From positions 186,001 to 250,000 of the forward strand of contig CM119378.1 in assembly GCA_051294905.1 (NCBI GenBank): a stretch of DNA of 64,000 nt, in the 5' to 3' direction. The stretch is from Botryllus schlosseri. Its lineage: Eukaryota. The notes below the pieces were generated by a model. That model was not told the DNA's origin. It saw nothing but the letters and a program-made list of their open reading frames with translations, and ran no database searches. Of the stretch, positions 37,733-49,108 are shown piece after piece. Made by a program: the position numbers and the translations under genes. Numbering within the stretch: position 1 is the stretch's first letter; each line of letters opens with the position of its first letter.

Positions 37733-40360
37733 CGTCCGCTATGTCATCTTATCGATGGGCAATCAGTCACCAAATTGGTCTGAAACTCGCATGGCTGAAT
37801 TCTCCGTTATTCTCTGCTGTTTCGATATATATTTCGCTACGCCCCGAACTCCGCTTTCAGTATATTATTACCGTCCGCTATGTCCTCTCATCGATGGGCA
37901 ATCAGTCACCAAATTGGCCTGAAACTCGCATGGCTGAATTCTCCGTTATTCTCTACTGTTTCGAAATATATTTCGCTACGCCCCGAACTCCGCTTTCAGT
38001 ATATTATATAACCGTCCGCTATGTCGTCTCATCGATGGGCAATCAGTTACCAAATTGGCCTGAAACTCGCATGGCTGAATTCTCCGTTATTCTCTGCTGT
38101 TTCGAAATATATTTCGCTACGCCCCGAACTCCGCTTTCAGTATATTATATAACCGTCCGCTATGTCGTCTCATCGATGGGCAATCAGTCACCAAATTGGC
38201 CTGAAACTCGCATGGCTGAATTCTCCGTTATTCTCTGCTGTGTCGAAATATATTTCGCTACGCCCCGAACTCCGCTTTCAGTATATTATATAACCGTCCG
38301 CTATGTCGTCTCATCGATGGGCAATCAGTTACCAAATTGGCCTGAAACTCGCATGGCTGAATTCTCCGTTACTCTCTGCTGTTTCGATATATATTTCGCT
38401 ACGCCCCGAACTCCGCTTTCAGTATATTATTACCGTCCGCTATGTCCTCTCATCGATGGGCAATCAGTCACCAAATTGGCCTGAAACTCGCATGGCTGAA
38501 TTCTCCGTTATTCTCTACTGTTTCGAAATATATTTCGCTACGCCCCGAACTCCGCTTTCAGTATATTATATAACCGTCCGCTATGTCGTCTCATCGATGG
38601 GCAATCAGTTACCAAATTGGCCTGAAACTCGCATGGCTGAATTCTCCGTTATTCTCTGCTGTTTCGAAATATATTTCGCTACGCCCCGAACTCCGCTTTC
38701 AGTATATTATATAACCGTCCGCTATGTCGTCTCATCGATGGGCAATCAGTCACCAAATTGGCCTGAAACTCGCATGGCTGAATTCTCCGTTATTCTCTGC
38801 TGTGTCGAAATATATTTCGCTACGCCCCGAACTCCGCTTTCAGTATATTATATAACCGTCCGCTATGTCGTCTCATCGATGGGCAATCAGTTACCAAATT
38901 GGCCTGAAACTCGCATGGCTGAATTCTCCGTTAGGCCTATTCTCTGCTGTTTCGAAATATATTTCGCTACGCCCCGAACTCCGCTTTCAGTATATTATAT
39001 AACCGTCCGCTATGTCGTCTCATCGATGGGCAATCAGTCACCAAATTGGCCTGAAACTCGCATGGCTGAATTCTCCGTTATTCTCTGCTGTTTCGAAATA
39101 TATTTCGCTACGCCCCGAACTCCGCTTTCAGTATATTATATAACCGTCCGCTATGTCGTCTCATCGATGGGCAATCAGTTACCAAATTGGCCTGAAACTC
39201 GCATGGCTGAATTCTCCGTTATTCTCTGCTGTGTCGAAATATATTTCGCTACGCCCCGAACTCCGCTTTCAGTATATTATATAACCGTCCGCTATGTCGT
39301 CTCATCGATGGGCAATCAGTTACCAAATTGGCCTGAAACTCGCATGGCTGAATTCTCCGTTAGGCCTATTCTCTGCTGTTTCGAAATATATTTCGCTACG
39401 CCCCGAACTCCGCTTTCAGTATATTATATAACCGTCCGCTATGTCGTCTCATCGATGGGCAATCAGTCACCAAATTGGCCTGAAACTCGCATGGCTGAAT
39501 TCTCCGTTATTCTCTGCTGTTTCGAAATATATTTCGCTACGCCCCGAACTCCGCTTTCAGTATATTATATAACCGTCCGCTATGTCGTCTCATCGATGGG
39601 CAATCAGTTACCAAATTGGCCTGAAACTCGCATGGCTGAATTCTCCGTTATTCTCTGCTGTTTCGAAATATATTTCGCTACGCCCCGAACTCCGCTTTCA
39701 GTATATTATATAACCGTCCGCTATGTCGTCTCATCGATGGGCAATCAGTCACCAAATTGGCCTGAAACTCGCATGGCTGAATTCTCCGTTATTCTCTGCT
39801 GTTTCGAAATATACTTCGCTACGCCCCGAACTCCGCTTTCAGTATATTATAACCGTCCGCAATGTCATCTCATCGATGGGCAATCAGTCACCAAATGGGC
39901 CTGAAACTCGCATGGCTGAATTCTCCGGTATTCTCTGCTGTTTCGAAATATATTTCGCTACGCCCCGAACTCCGCTTTCAGTATATTATAACCGTCCGCA
40001 ATGTCATCTCATCGATGGGCAATCAGTCACCAAATTGGCCTGAAACTCGCATGGCTGAATTCTCCGTTATTCTCTGCTGTTTCGATATATATTTCGCTAC
40101 GCCCCGAACTCCGCTTTCAGTATATTATTACCGTCCGCTATGTCCTCTCATCGATGGGCAATCAGTCACCAAATTGGCCTGAAACTCGCATGGCTGAATT
40201 CTCCGTTATTCTCTGCTGTTTCGAAATACATTTCGCTACGCCCCGAACTCCGCTTTCAGTATATTATATAACCGTCCGCTATGTCGTCTCATCGATGGGC
40301 AATCAGTCACCAAATTGGCCTGAAACTCGCATGGCTGACTTCTCCGTTATTCTCCACCGT
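37733..40360 (+). repeat. 141-bp tandem repeat array (~18-19 units), right arm, inverted relative to the left array
   Basis: Same unit in the opposite orientation; highly homogeneous. Confidence 0.95.
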
Positions 40361-41246
40361 CTACACCTTTTTGAGTTGCGTATGCGCGTGTCTATAAAGG
40401 TCAATGACCGAAAGCTCCGCTCTCCGCTTCCTCCGCTATCTCCGTGTTTTAGGAATCGGCATTTTGGCTCTCTCCGCTGTCTCCGCTGTCTCCGCGTTTT
40501 AGGGTCCGTTCTCCGCTGCCTCCGCTGTCTCCGCTGCCTCCGCTTCTCCGTCTTTTAGGGATGCCCGTAATTAGGGTGGGGTGGGGACATCAGGGTTGGG
40601 TGTGTTAGCCTATATGGAATCTCGGTTCATTTTTTGAAATAAATCCTGCGTGATGAGAGCTTTTCTGTGTAGAATAATTAAGCAAATATACAGAAAATCC
40701 TGAGTGACATTGCCACCAATTCCATTCCGGGTTGTTAGGGGCATTACACCCCCCAAAATACGCCAACCCAGCCCTAATGACCCTAACCCCGACTTAAAGG
40801 ACCCTCACACCCACCCTAACTAAACACGCTAACCCCCAACCCTAACATTATGGTGACTGACCTTATTTTGCATGTCGCGATTGACCTTATTTTGCATGTG
40901 AGTGACCTTATTTTGCATGTTGAGACTGACCTTATTTTGCATGTTTCCGACCATATTTTGCATGCAATCACACCAACCCTCCTCTAATACCCCGCAATTC
41001 GACTCTTTTGCCATTGCACTGCAATTTCAAGATATTTTACGATAGAGTTGGTCACCTAGTTTGCAGATAGGTAAATAAATTCCTTGTATCTGTGTAACAA
41101 ACGATAACAATCCTGGCTTCCGCATATTTTCAACAGACCAAATAAAAGAACCATAACGAACGACGTCAGGATGGGGCGATGGGGTGTGCATAAATTGGTG
41201 ATGTCGGCGAGGTCAGTATAACTAATTAACCATAGTCGTTTATAGT

Positions 41247-42076
41247 CATCATCATCATCATTGGTTTATTAGCAATTTTATCAGTTCAATACACCACAAA
41301 AAATGCGATACAATGAAAAGACAGGAAGATGTCGAAGCGACAAGGAGTAGTCTATGGAATCTGACACCCACCTTGGCCTAGGCGATGTAAAGAGGAGGCA
41401 TGCACACTGAATGAAAGTAAAGAAGATAGTATAGAAAAAGAATGCGACAAGAAATAGGGCGGCATGTCATGGGAAGCGAGATCGATAGGTCAGTCGTGGT
41501 CCGGTAATCTTGAGGATGGACTGTATTTATTTAGTAGTAATTGTTTGTATTTCGACTTGAATGTGGACATGCTCGTCGACTGTCTGATGGCCGGCGGGAT
41601 ACTGTTCCACACATCAGGTCCGGCATATTTGATGGAGCGATGATCTTTTCGGTCGATCATATGATATTTGGACGACGTGGACGCGCGTGTGTTGTACTTG
41701 TGCGCTTTTGATTCAGAGGTAAAGAAGTCATTGAAATATTCAGGGCAACGATCGCAGTGAAACCGATACATAAACTTGGCGATTTCTAGTTTCCGCATAT
41801 CTTCTATGTTTAGGACGCCAAATCTCTTCAGCAGCGACTTATTGGATGGGCAGCCAGGCCCCTTTGGAGCCCTAGCTATGATTCGGAGTACTTTATGCTG
41901 TAGTTTCTGCAGTGGCTTGAGTGCAGTTTTACTGGCAGCCCCCCAACAGAGGATGCCATAATGTAACTTCAATTGGATTAAGGATTTAGAGTATCAGAAG
42001 AACCCATGCTGGCATGAAGCGCCCAAGGCTGTAGAACAGGCCGCACTTCGGTGATAATTTAGTTTCTAGGGACTGT
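41247..42076 (-). mobile_element. 5'-truncated CR1/L2-group LINE (ORF2 C-terminus + 3' UTR)
   Basis: Near-identical reverse complement of ~43830-44710; (cat)n tail at 41247. Confidence 0.9.
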
Positions 42077-42301
42077 GCTGTAAACGACTATGGATTAACT
42101 ATAGATAACTAACCTCCGTAGGTTAGTTATCTATAGTATAACACAATATATCGACTGCATAGTATTTATCTTGACATCGACAAAGTACATTAAAACTATA
42201 ATAATCGTTGGTTCGTATATTTTCATCCGTGTTATAGTGACATTTATAGCGTGTGATAATATTGAATAGTATGAATAGCGTTTTCGAATTGTCTACTAGT
42301 T

Positions 42302-42345
42302 GCTGACGATTACCCCTGACGAGTGTCAGCCGAAAATATTCGGGT
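42302..42345 (+). ncRNA. Second intact minimal hammerhead ribozyme in a solo Penelope pseudo-LTR fragment (~42280-42412)
   Basis: Identical to 32177-32220. Confidence 0.8.
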
Positions 42346-42678
42346 TCATTTTAATATGAATATACTATATTCAATTGTATATTGAAGTTCTGTACCTCAA
42401 AGTAGCTGTTCATTATTATATATAATATTGAAATCACTTATTTTGCGAAATTCGATATCCGCAAGGACCTTTTGGGTCAAAACATTCGGTCGATTAGATA
42501 ACAACACGATGTTTCGATAGAATGAATAGCCTACATCATCATCATCATCATCATCATCATTGGTTTATTAGCAATTTTATCGGTTCTATAAACCACAAAA
42601 ATGCGATACAATGAAAAGATAGGAAGATGTCGAAGCGACTTGGAGTAGTCTATTGAATCAGACACCCACCTTGACCTA

Positions 42679-44710
42679 GTGTATCTGACGTCATTATTGC
42701 ACCCTCAACCCATACACGATATCTGGGGATTATCAGACCCGGCGGCCATCGCGAATCACTTCAATGAATATTTTTGTAACGTAGGCCCAAATATTGCTTC
42801 TTCTATTACAAAACCTGTGTCGGCCAGGTCAGAGGTGAGATCGATATCCCAGTCAATTGTGCTTGAACCTACGACCAAATACGAAGTAGAAGTAGCCATC
42901 CACAAACTGAAATCGCACAAGGCCGACGGCTATGACCAAATCCCATCATGGTTTTTAAAAATGATAAGCCTGCATATCGGTCAATATATGGCCCATTTTT
43001 TCAACTTCATGATAGAAAATGGAGTCTACCCAAGCTATCTAAAAAAAGCCAGAGTAGTCCCTGTACACAAAGCTGGGGATAGAACTAATGTCACCAACTA
43101 CCGTCCGATATCCGTTCTCCCATGCATCGGGATTGTATTCGAAAAGTTGCTCCTCTCCCGCCTGTCCTCATTCCTCGCCAAAATGTCTGTCATTTCCCCT
43201 CAACAATTTGGCTTCCGAAACAAACACCAAACCGCTCATGCCCTCCTAACAGTGGCCGAACAGTACTATGATATCTCAGAGAAGCGAAATGTGGGATGTA
43301 GCATTTTTCTCGACCTAAAAAAAGCGTTTGACTGCGTAGATCATAAAATTCTCATCTCCAAATTGGCGCGTTACGGACTTCGGGGCCCACAACTTGAGCT
43401 CATGAAAAGTTACCTCACTGGACGCCAACAAATGGTTGCGATCTCAGACACCTTGTCCTCTCCTCACCCGGTGACCTGTGGTGTGCCCCAGGGCTCAGTA
43501 CTTGGACCGGTCCTTTTCACCTTATATGTCAACGACATTTTTGAAACCTCCTCACTGAACACCACACTGTTCGCTGATCATACTCACTTCCTCTCTTCCG
43601 CATCTTCGACGGCAGAGCTGGATGCCCTGACTGGTGACCAAATGCCCAAAGTCCATGAGTGGACGGCCCAGAACAACCTTTGCATAAACGCCTCGAAATC
43701 GCAATTGCTGACAGTAAATTCAAAAAATAACCTAACCGTTAATATCGCTGGTCAGCCCGTTTCCAACACAGATAATGCCAAATATCTCGGAGTTTTACTG
43801 GACTCGAACATGTCCTGGAAGAGTCATATTCAGTCCCTAGAAACTAAATTATCACCGAAGTGCGGCCTGTTCTACAGCCTTGGGCGCTTCATGCCAGCAT
43901 GGGTTCTTCTGATACTCTTTAAATCCTTAATCCAATCGAAGTTACATTATGGCATCCTCTGTTGGGGGGCTGCCAGTAAAACTGCACTCAAGCCACTGCA
44001 GAAACTACAGCATAAAGTACTCCGAATCATAGCTAGGGCTCCAAAGGGGCCTGGCTGCCCATCCAATAAGTCGCTGCTGAAGAGATTTGGCGTCCTAAAC
44101 ATAGAAGATATGCGGAAACTAGAAATCGCCAAGTTTATGTATCAGTTTCACTGCGGTCGTTGCCCCGAATATTTCAATGACTTCTTAACCTCTGAATCAA
44201 AAGCGCACAAGTACAACACACGCGCGTCCACGTCGTCCAAATATCATATGATCGACCGAAAAGATCATCGCTCCATCAAATATGCCGGACCTGATGTGTG
44301 GAACAGTATCCCGCCGGCCATCAGACAGTCGACGAGCATGTCCACATTCAAGTCGAAATACAGGCGAAAAGCGTCACTCATCTTTTCATCAATAATAATA
44401 ATAATAATAACAAACAATTACTAATAAATAAATACAGTCCATCCTCAAGATTACCGGACCACGACTGACCTATCGATCTCGCTTCCCATGACATGCCGCC
44501 CTATATTTCTTGTCGCATTCTTTTTCTATACTATCTTCTTTACTTTCATTCAGTGTGCATGCCTCCTCTTTACATCGCCTAGGCCAAGGTGGGTGTCAGA
44601 TTCCATAGACTACTCCTTGTCGCTTCGACATCTTCCTGTCTTTTCATTGTATCGCATTTTTTGTGGTGTATTGAACTGATAAAATTGCTAATAAACCAAT
44701 GATGATGATG
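42679..44710 (+). mobile_element. 5'-truncated CR1/L2-group LINE: reverse transcriptase region, 3' UTR and (tga)n tail
   Basis: ORF 42679-44424 contains NYRPISVL, QFGFR, FLDLKKAFD, GVPQGSVLGP and KYLGV. The catalytic motif reads LFADHT instead of FADDT, and no endonuclease domain is present. Confidence 0.93.
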
Positions 44711-44719
44711 AATGATGAT

Positions 44720-47345
44720 GATCATTGCCTCCAATCCTAAATGGAAGACCCACATTTTCAATGAATGTAAAAAGCTATCTGTTACGGCCGGAATTCTAGC
44801 GACAGACCTTGAGAACCATTTATTTCTCATTATTCCACCCTCACCTGCTTCATGGAATATGCGTACGGGGGAAGGCCAATCAGACGGATTTAAACAAAAA
44901 CTGTGTCATCCAAAATCGAGCCATAAGAAATATATGTGGCATAGATTCCAGGTCATCTGCTACTCCTGGTTATTTCGCTCTCTCCCACCCGATTTGTATA
45001 AGTATGAAGTAGCAACCTGATGCATAAATTTACCAACGGAAATATCTCCCCTTACTTTAATAGCTTGTTTGAGCAATCTTGTACTGTGCATGGGTATTCT
45101 ACTAGATCAGTGCTTTTCAACCTGTGTGACGGTTCGCACTAGTGCGAATGAAAAAAAATTCAGTGCGAATGACGAGCGTGGTGCGAATGGTGCGAATGAA
45201 AAATCCGGATGAGTGCGAACGGCAAGCGTGGTGCGAATGGTGCGAATGAAAAATCCGGATGATTGCGAATGAAAATTGTGCATGTTTCTCACTTTTTCCG
45301 ACGTGGAATAATTCAAATAAACACGATATTAAGTACAGTGAGCCCGTAAATTTTATCCTTTGGAAGCAATTCTAAAAACTTCTTGGTAGCTAGGCTTTTC
45401 TAGTTCACAAAGTGAGGAACGCTCCCAATGCGTGTACCTGTACAATGCAAAGTTTGAGATAATATTTCCGCGCGAGAGGATACGTCACTGCATGGAAAAA
45501 AGGAGTTGAATCAGTTGCTCACTTGCCCGGAAACATCCGTATTGTATACGGACCTTGTTGGGATGTAGGTAATAGTAGCTGATGCCAGTGTTAACATTTG
45601 GCATATTTGAATGCAAAATATTGGAATTTTGGCACACATTCATGTTGGTTAACAGCAGAATTTAGCGTTTCTTCAAATATAACAATCAGCACATAAGATC
45701 TATAACAAGTTTTGTTTACTCGTGTACCTAACCAAGGATTAGAGGCTGCTATGAATAAAATTAGTGTTAGCACATTAGTGTCTTACGTTTAATGATTATT
45801 TATCTTGCATCACATCGAATTATTAAGTCACTGGGCAGTTTATCTACTGACCATGCAGTGCAATGGCCTGTTTGTAATGCGAACTCCACAATTTAGGCTT
45901 AGACACGCTTTCTTGTTCTTGGACTGATGATCTCAGGCCAAGTCTAGATGGTAAAAGCCTATATAACTCTTTATGTATAAGGATATGTGGGATAGTAAAG
46001 ATAATTTGGCATTATTTCAGTCAGTTTTCCAATATTGTACGATTGAGCTAAGACCCATCCCGCAGCTGGCTACCCGGGCCTGTATAACTGTGTGTTAATC
46101 ATGAATCTTATGTGAGTAATAATTATTTAAGAAGGTGAAAGTGTTGGCTTTGACAACACAAGGATGCCGAACGTTGTTATTGAAAGATATGTTGATTTGT
46201 GTACTGCATAGATGAGAAGTGAATGAAGCCTAAGCTTATCCAAAAAAAAAACAGTCATCAATTACTCGGATTGTATAGCAATGCATTCCGAATTTTAACG
46301 CCCACCGTATAGCATCCAATCGTCTAAAATTATGGTTACCATATTTTGGGATCGGGAAAGGAGGACACTATTTCAAAATTTTCAAATACCGGTGGAAAAT
46401 CTTAAAAAACTGGAAAAGTTTTACCACTTCGTACTCGGTTGACCAAAATAAAAATATAGGTCAACTTTCGCTCAGCCACCGGAGCCTCACATCGGTGCTG
46501 ATTCACGGCATCTCAGTCAAATTTTGCTATAAATTTGACCAAAATTCCTAAAAAGAGGACAAAATCTCAAAAAGGAGGTTATTTAGGTGTCATCCGAGGA
46601 CATTTTCAAAAAAGGGGACAAATCCTCCTAAAGGAGGACGTATGGTAACCCTATCTAACATACCTTAGTACGCGAAGCATCTTTTCGAATGTTGTCAGAA
46701 AAATGAACTAAAGGTGCTAGTCGCAACATTGATGCTATAGCATACGATTCAAGTGCAGATTCACTATTTTGTGCGTTCTAAATGCAAACACATTCACATC
46801 GCGATGACGTAACATGTGGATTTAGTGGCAAAGTGATATTGTTGCGAGTGAATATTGTTCTTGGATTCGCCCTTTAACCTTCCAAGGAAATCCCTGCACG
46901 ACACCCCCGGAAAATGCGACGCACTTCTTGAAGACAACGGGAGTGCGATATCAGTGATTTTTCTACTGCAGTGATTTTAGTGCTTGATTAGTCAATAATA
47001 CGATACGCTGAATGCAAAATAATGAAGCTCTGTTCCTCCAAGAAGCTCTTCGAATACAAAAGTGATAATTTTCTTCATTTTCTTTTCGTGTAGTAAATTT
47101 CGGCTGACTGGTGCGAATGAAATTATTTTTCGAAAAAAAGTGCGAATGGAGCTCAAAAAGGTTGAAAAGCACTGTACTAGATTATCGAAAGTCGGTCATC
47201 TTTATGTTCATCGCATGGGCTCCGGACTGGCCCAGCAGTCTATTGAGTGTATGGGCCCAAATGTTTGGAATGGCGTGCCCGACAGTGTCAAGAAGCTGCC
47301 TCAGGATGAATTTAGAACCCAATACCTGGTGTGGGAGCTCTAGCC
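44720..47345 (+). pseudogene. Older, different LINE ORF2 C-terminal remnant split by the 45108-47174 insertion
   Basis: LRTIYFSLFHPHLLHGI (44809-) and SIECMGPNVWNGVPDSVK (47240-) are typical CR1/L2 C-terminal motifs; frameshifted. Confidence 0.7.
45108..47174. mobile_element. Non-autonomous hAT element with nested MITE (46331-46653)
   Basis: TIR cagtgcttttcaacct / aggttgaaaagcactg; exact TSD tactagat; gtgcgaat subterminal repeats. Inner MITE has TSD tctaaaat/tctaacat. Confidence 0.9.
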
Positions 47346-47902
47346 CCCTCTCTCCTATCTGTATGGAGAAATACTACATCACGTGACTTATCGCATAGTT
47401 ATAACCGAGCGCATATCGCATATCAGCCCTTTTTGATGTGAGATTCACGTACGCCGTATAACCTACTGCTTGAAGTAACCATCCGTCCAATACATATGGA
47501 AAAGGCAATTGTCGTCTATTGAACTACCAGTCAAGAGCTACACGCAGGACGTTCGTATCCGCTACTGCCAGCTAAGGATATTGTAAGCCGCTATCCATAA
47601 CATACGGACTTGCGGTATATACCATCGCAGAATATCGGACAGACAGCTCCTTTCACCGCACTGGATTTCCTTTTTTCAAATTGCAATAACGTATAAGAGA
47701 ATGTACCCGTTAATTTATATATTATACATCCAGCATTTATTGATTTCATATTGCTTTACCTGGTGTGTTACTATGGTTGCTGTCTCTGTTATATGTATTT
47801 GTGATTATTATTTTCTTCTATGTTGCAAGACTGTCCAGTGTCCACTGTTATGTTTATTTAAATGAATACAATTGATTACTTCACTGCCATGGAGGTGACG
47901 AG

Positions 47903-48489
47903 CAGGGTTGTAATGACTCGAGTCGACTCGACTCATCCAATCGACTCTACTCGAGTCACGTTTTTTAGATGACTCGACTTGACTCGAGTCATTTTCTCAA
48001 ATTACAGAAATGACTCGACTCGAATCAATTTGTGTATTGACTCGACTTGGACTCAAGTCATATGACTCATCGAGACTCATAGACGACCAAGACCGACGTT
48101 TCATTGTAATTTCGAGGAATAGTAAAGTAATGACACTATTGGGATTTCGTCTATTGGTACTGGTACTTGAAAATGCGCCCAGAAACTGCTAAAATGACGA
48201 AAATTAGTATATTATAAATTATGCGAACCATTCGATATCACCAAACAGAGGTACAAAAAGTGGATTTAACAAGCCTTTAACTGGAAACTGGGCAGTCACC
48301 AGTCAACACAATGACTTTGAATCGACTCGAGTCATAATACCATGACTCGGACTCGTCCCTCTGCTCGGTGACTTGGACTCGGACTTGACTCGGTGGTGAA
48401 TTGAAAATGACTCGACTTGACTCGAGTCAAAACTATAAAACTGAGATTGACTTGTGACTCGGAGCATTTGTGACTTGGTTACAACCCTG
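47903..48489. mobile_element. hAT-type MITE (gactcgagtc family), complete copy
   Basis: TIR cagggttgtaa / ttacaaccctg; exact TSD gtgacgag. Confidence 0.9.
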
Positions 48490-48581
48490 GTGACGAGTAA
48501 CAAGGCCTTTATTGGCCATATCGTAACATCCAGTCAACTTTTTATGTTTAACGAAGCAATAAATGTCTGTCTGTCTGTCTA

Positions 48582-48820
48582 GCTAGGCGATAGAAAGAGG
48601 AGGCATGCACCCTGTATGAAAAGTAAAGAAGATAGTATAGAAAAAGGCAAGTAGCAAGAAATGGGGTGGCATGTCATGAAAGGCGAGATCGATAGGTCAG
48701 TCGTGGTCCGGTAATGTTGAGGATGAACTAAAAAATATTCACTTAGTAGTAATTGCTTGTATTTCGACTTGAATGTGGACACTGGACATGCTCGTCGACT
48801 GTCGGATGGCCGGCGGGATA
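48582..48820 (-). mobile_element. Rearranged LINE 3' fragment
   Basis: Matches the reverse complement of ~44305-44583 with divergence. Confidence 0.75.
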
Positions 48821-49108
48821 CATAGGAAGATGTTGAAGTGACTTGGTGTAGTAATTTGTATAGCTCAGTGAATCACACACACACCTTGGCCTGTAACGGT
48901 TTACCTTAGTTATCTATACTGTAACGTAGCATGCAAGAAGACTCTTGGATTTGTAAAACCAGTGTTTCGCTTGATCATTAGTGATGTTGCACGTTAGCTC
49001 ATTGGAAAATACTTCCGAAATAGAAGCAAACCTCAAAGATAGTGTTGTTTCGCTAGTGAAGTCGAAGTGTATAGTTCTTTTTAAACTACACTTGACATCA
49101 TCTTGTTC

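Larger units (their letters stand above)
35493..40566. mobile_element. Inner Mutator-like foldback element whose arms contain satellite arrays
   Basis: TIR gggcatccctaaaagacggagaagcgg / ccgcttctccgtcttttagggatgccc; exact 9-bp TSD gtaattagg (35484-35492, 40567-40575). Confidence 0.9.
34404..40983. mobile_element. Outer foldback/Mutator-like element with modular TIRs
   Basis: 34407-34615 mirrors ~40770-40980 (catgcaaaataaggtcagt subrepeats plus gggttag-rich tract). 10-bp direct repeat ctaatacccc at 34394-34403 and 40984-40993; the terminal 3 nt are mismatched. Confidence 0.75.

Noticed and set aside
37733..40360. CRISPR array
   Set aside because: No unique spacers, no cas genes, and eukaryotic context.
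35448..40558. Long periodic ORFs (up to 533 aa) as repeat proteins
   Set aside because: They arise from a stop-free frame of the 141-bp unit, are broken by 139-bp frameshifting variants and are mirrored on both strands.
42679..44424. Active or domesticated reverse transcriptase gene
   Set aside because: 5'-truncated, no endonuclease domain, catalytic FADD changed to FADH, and the C-terminus is disrupted by an insert.
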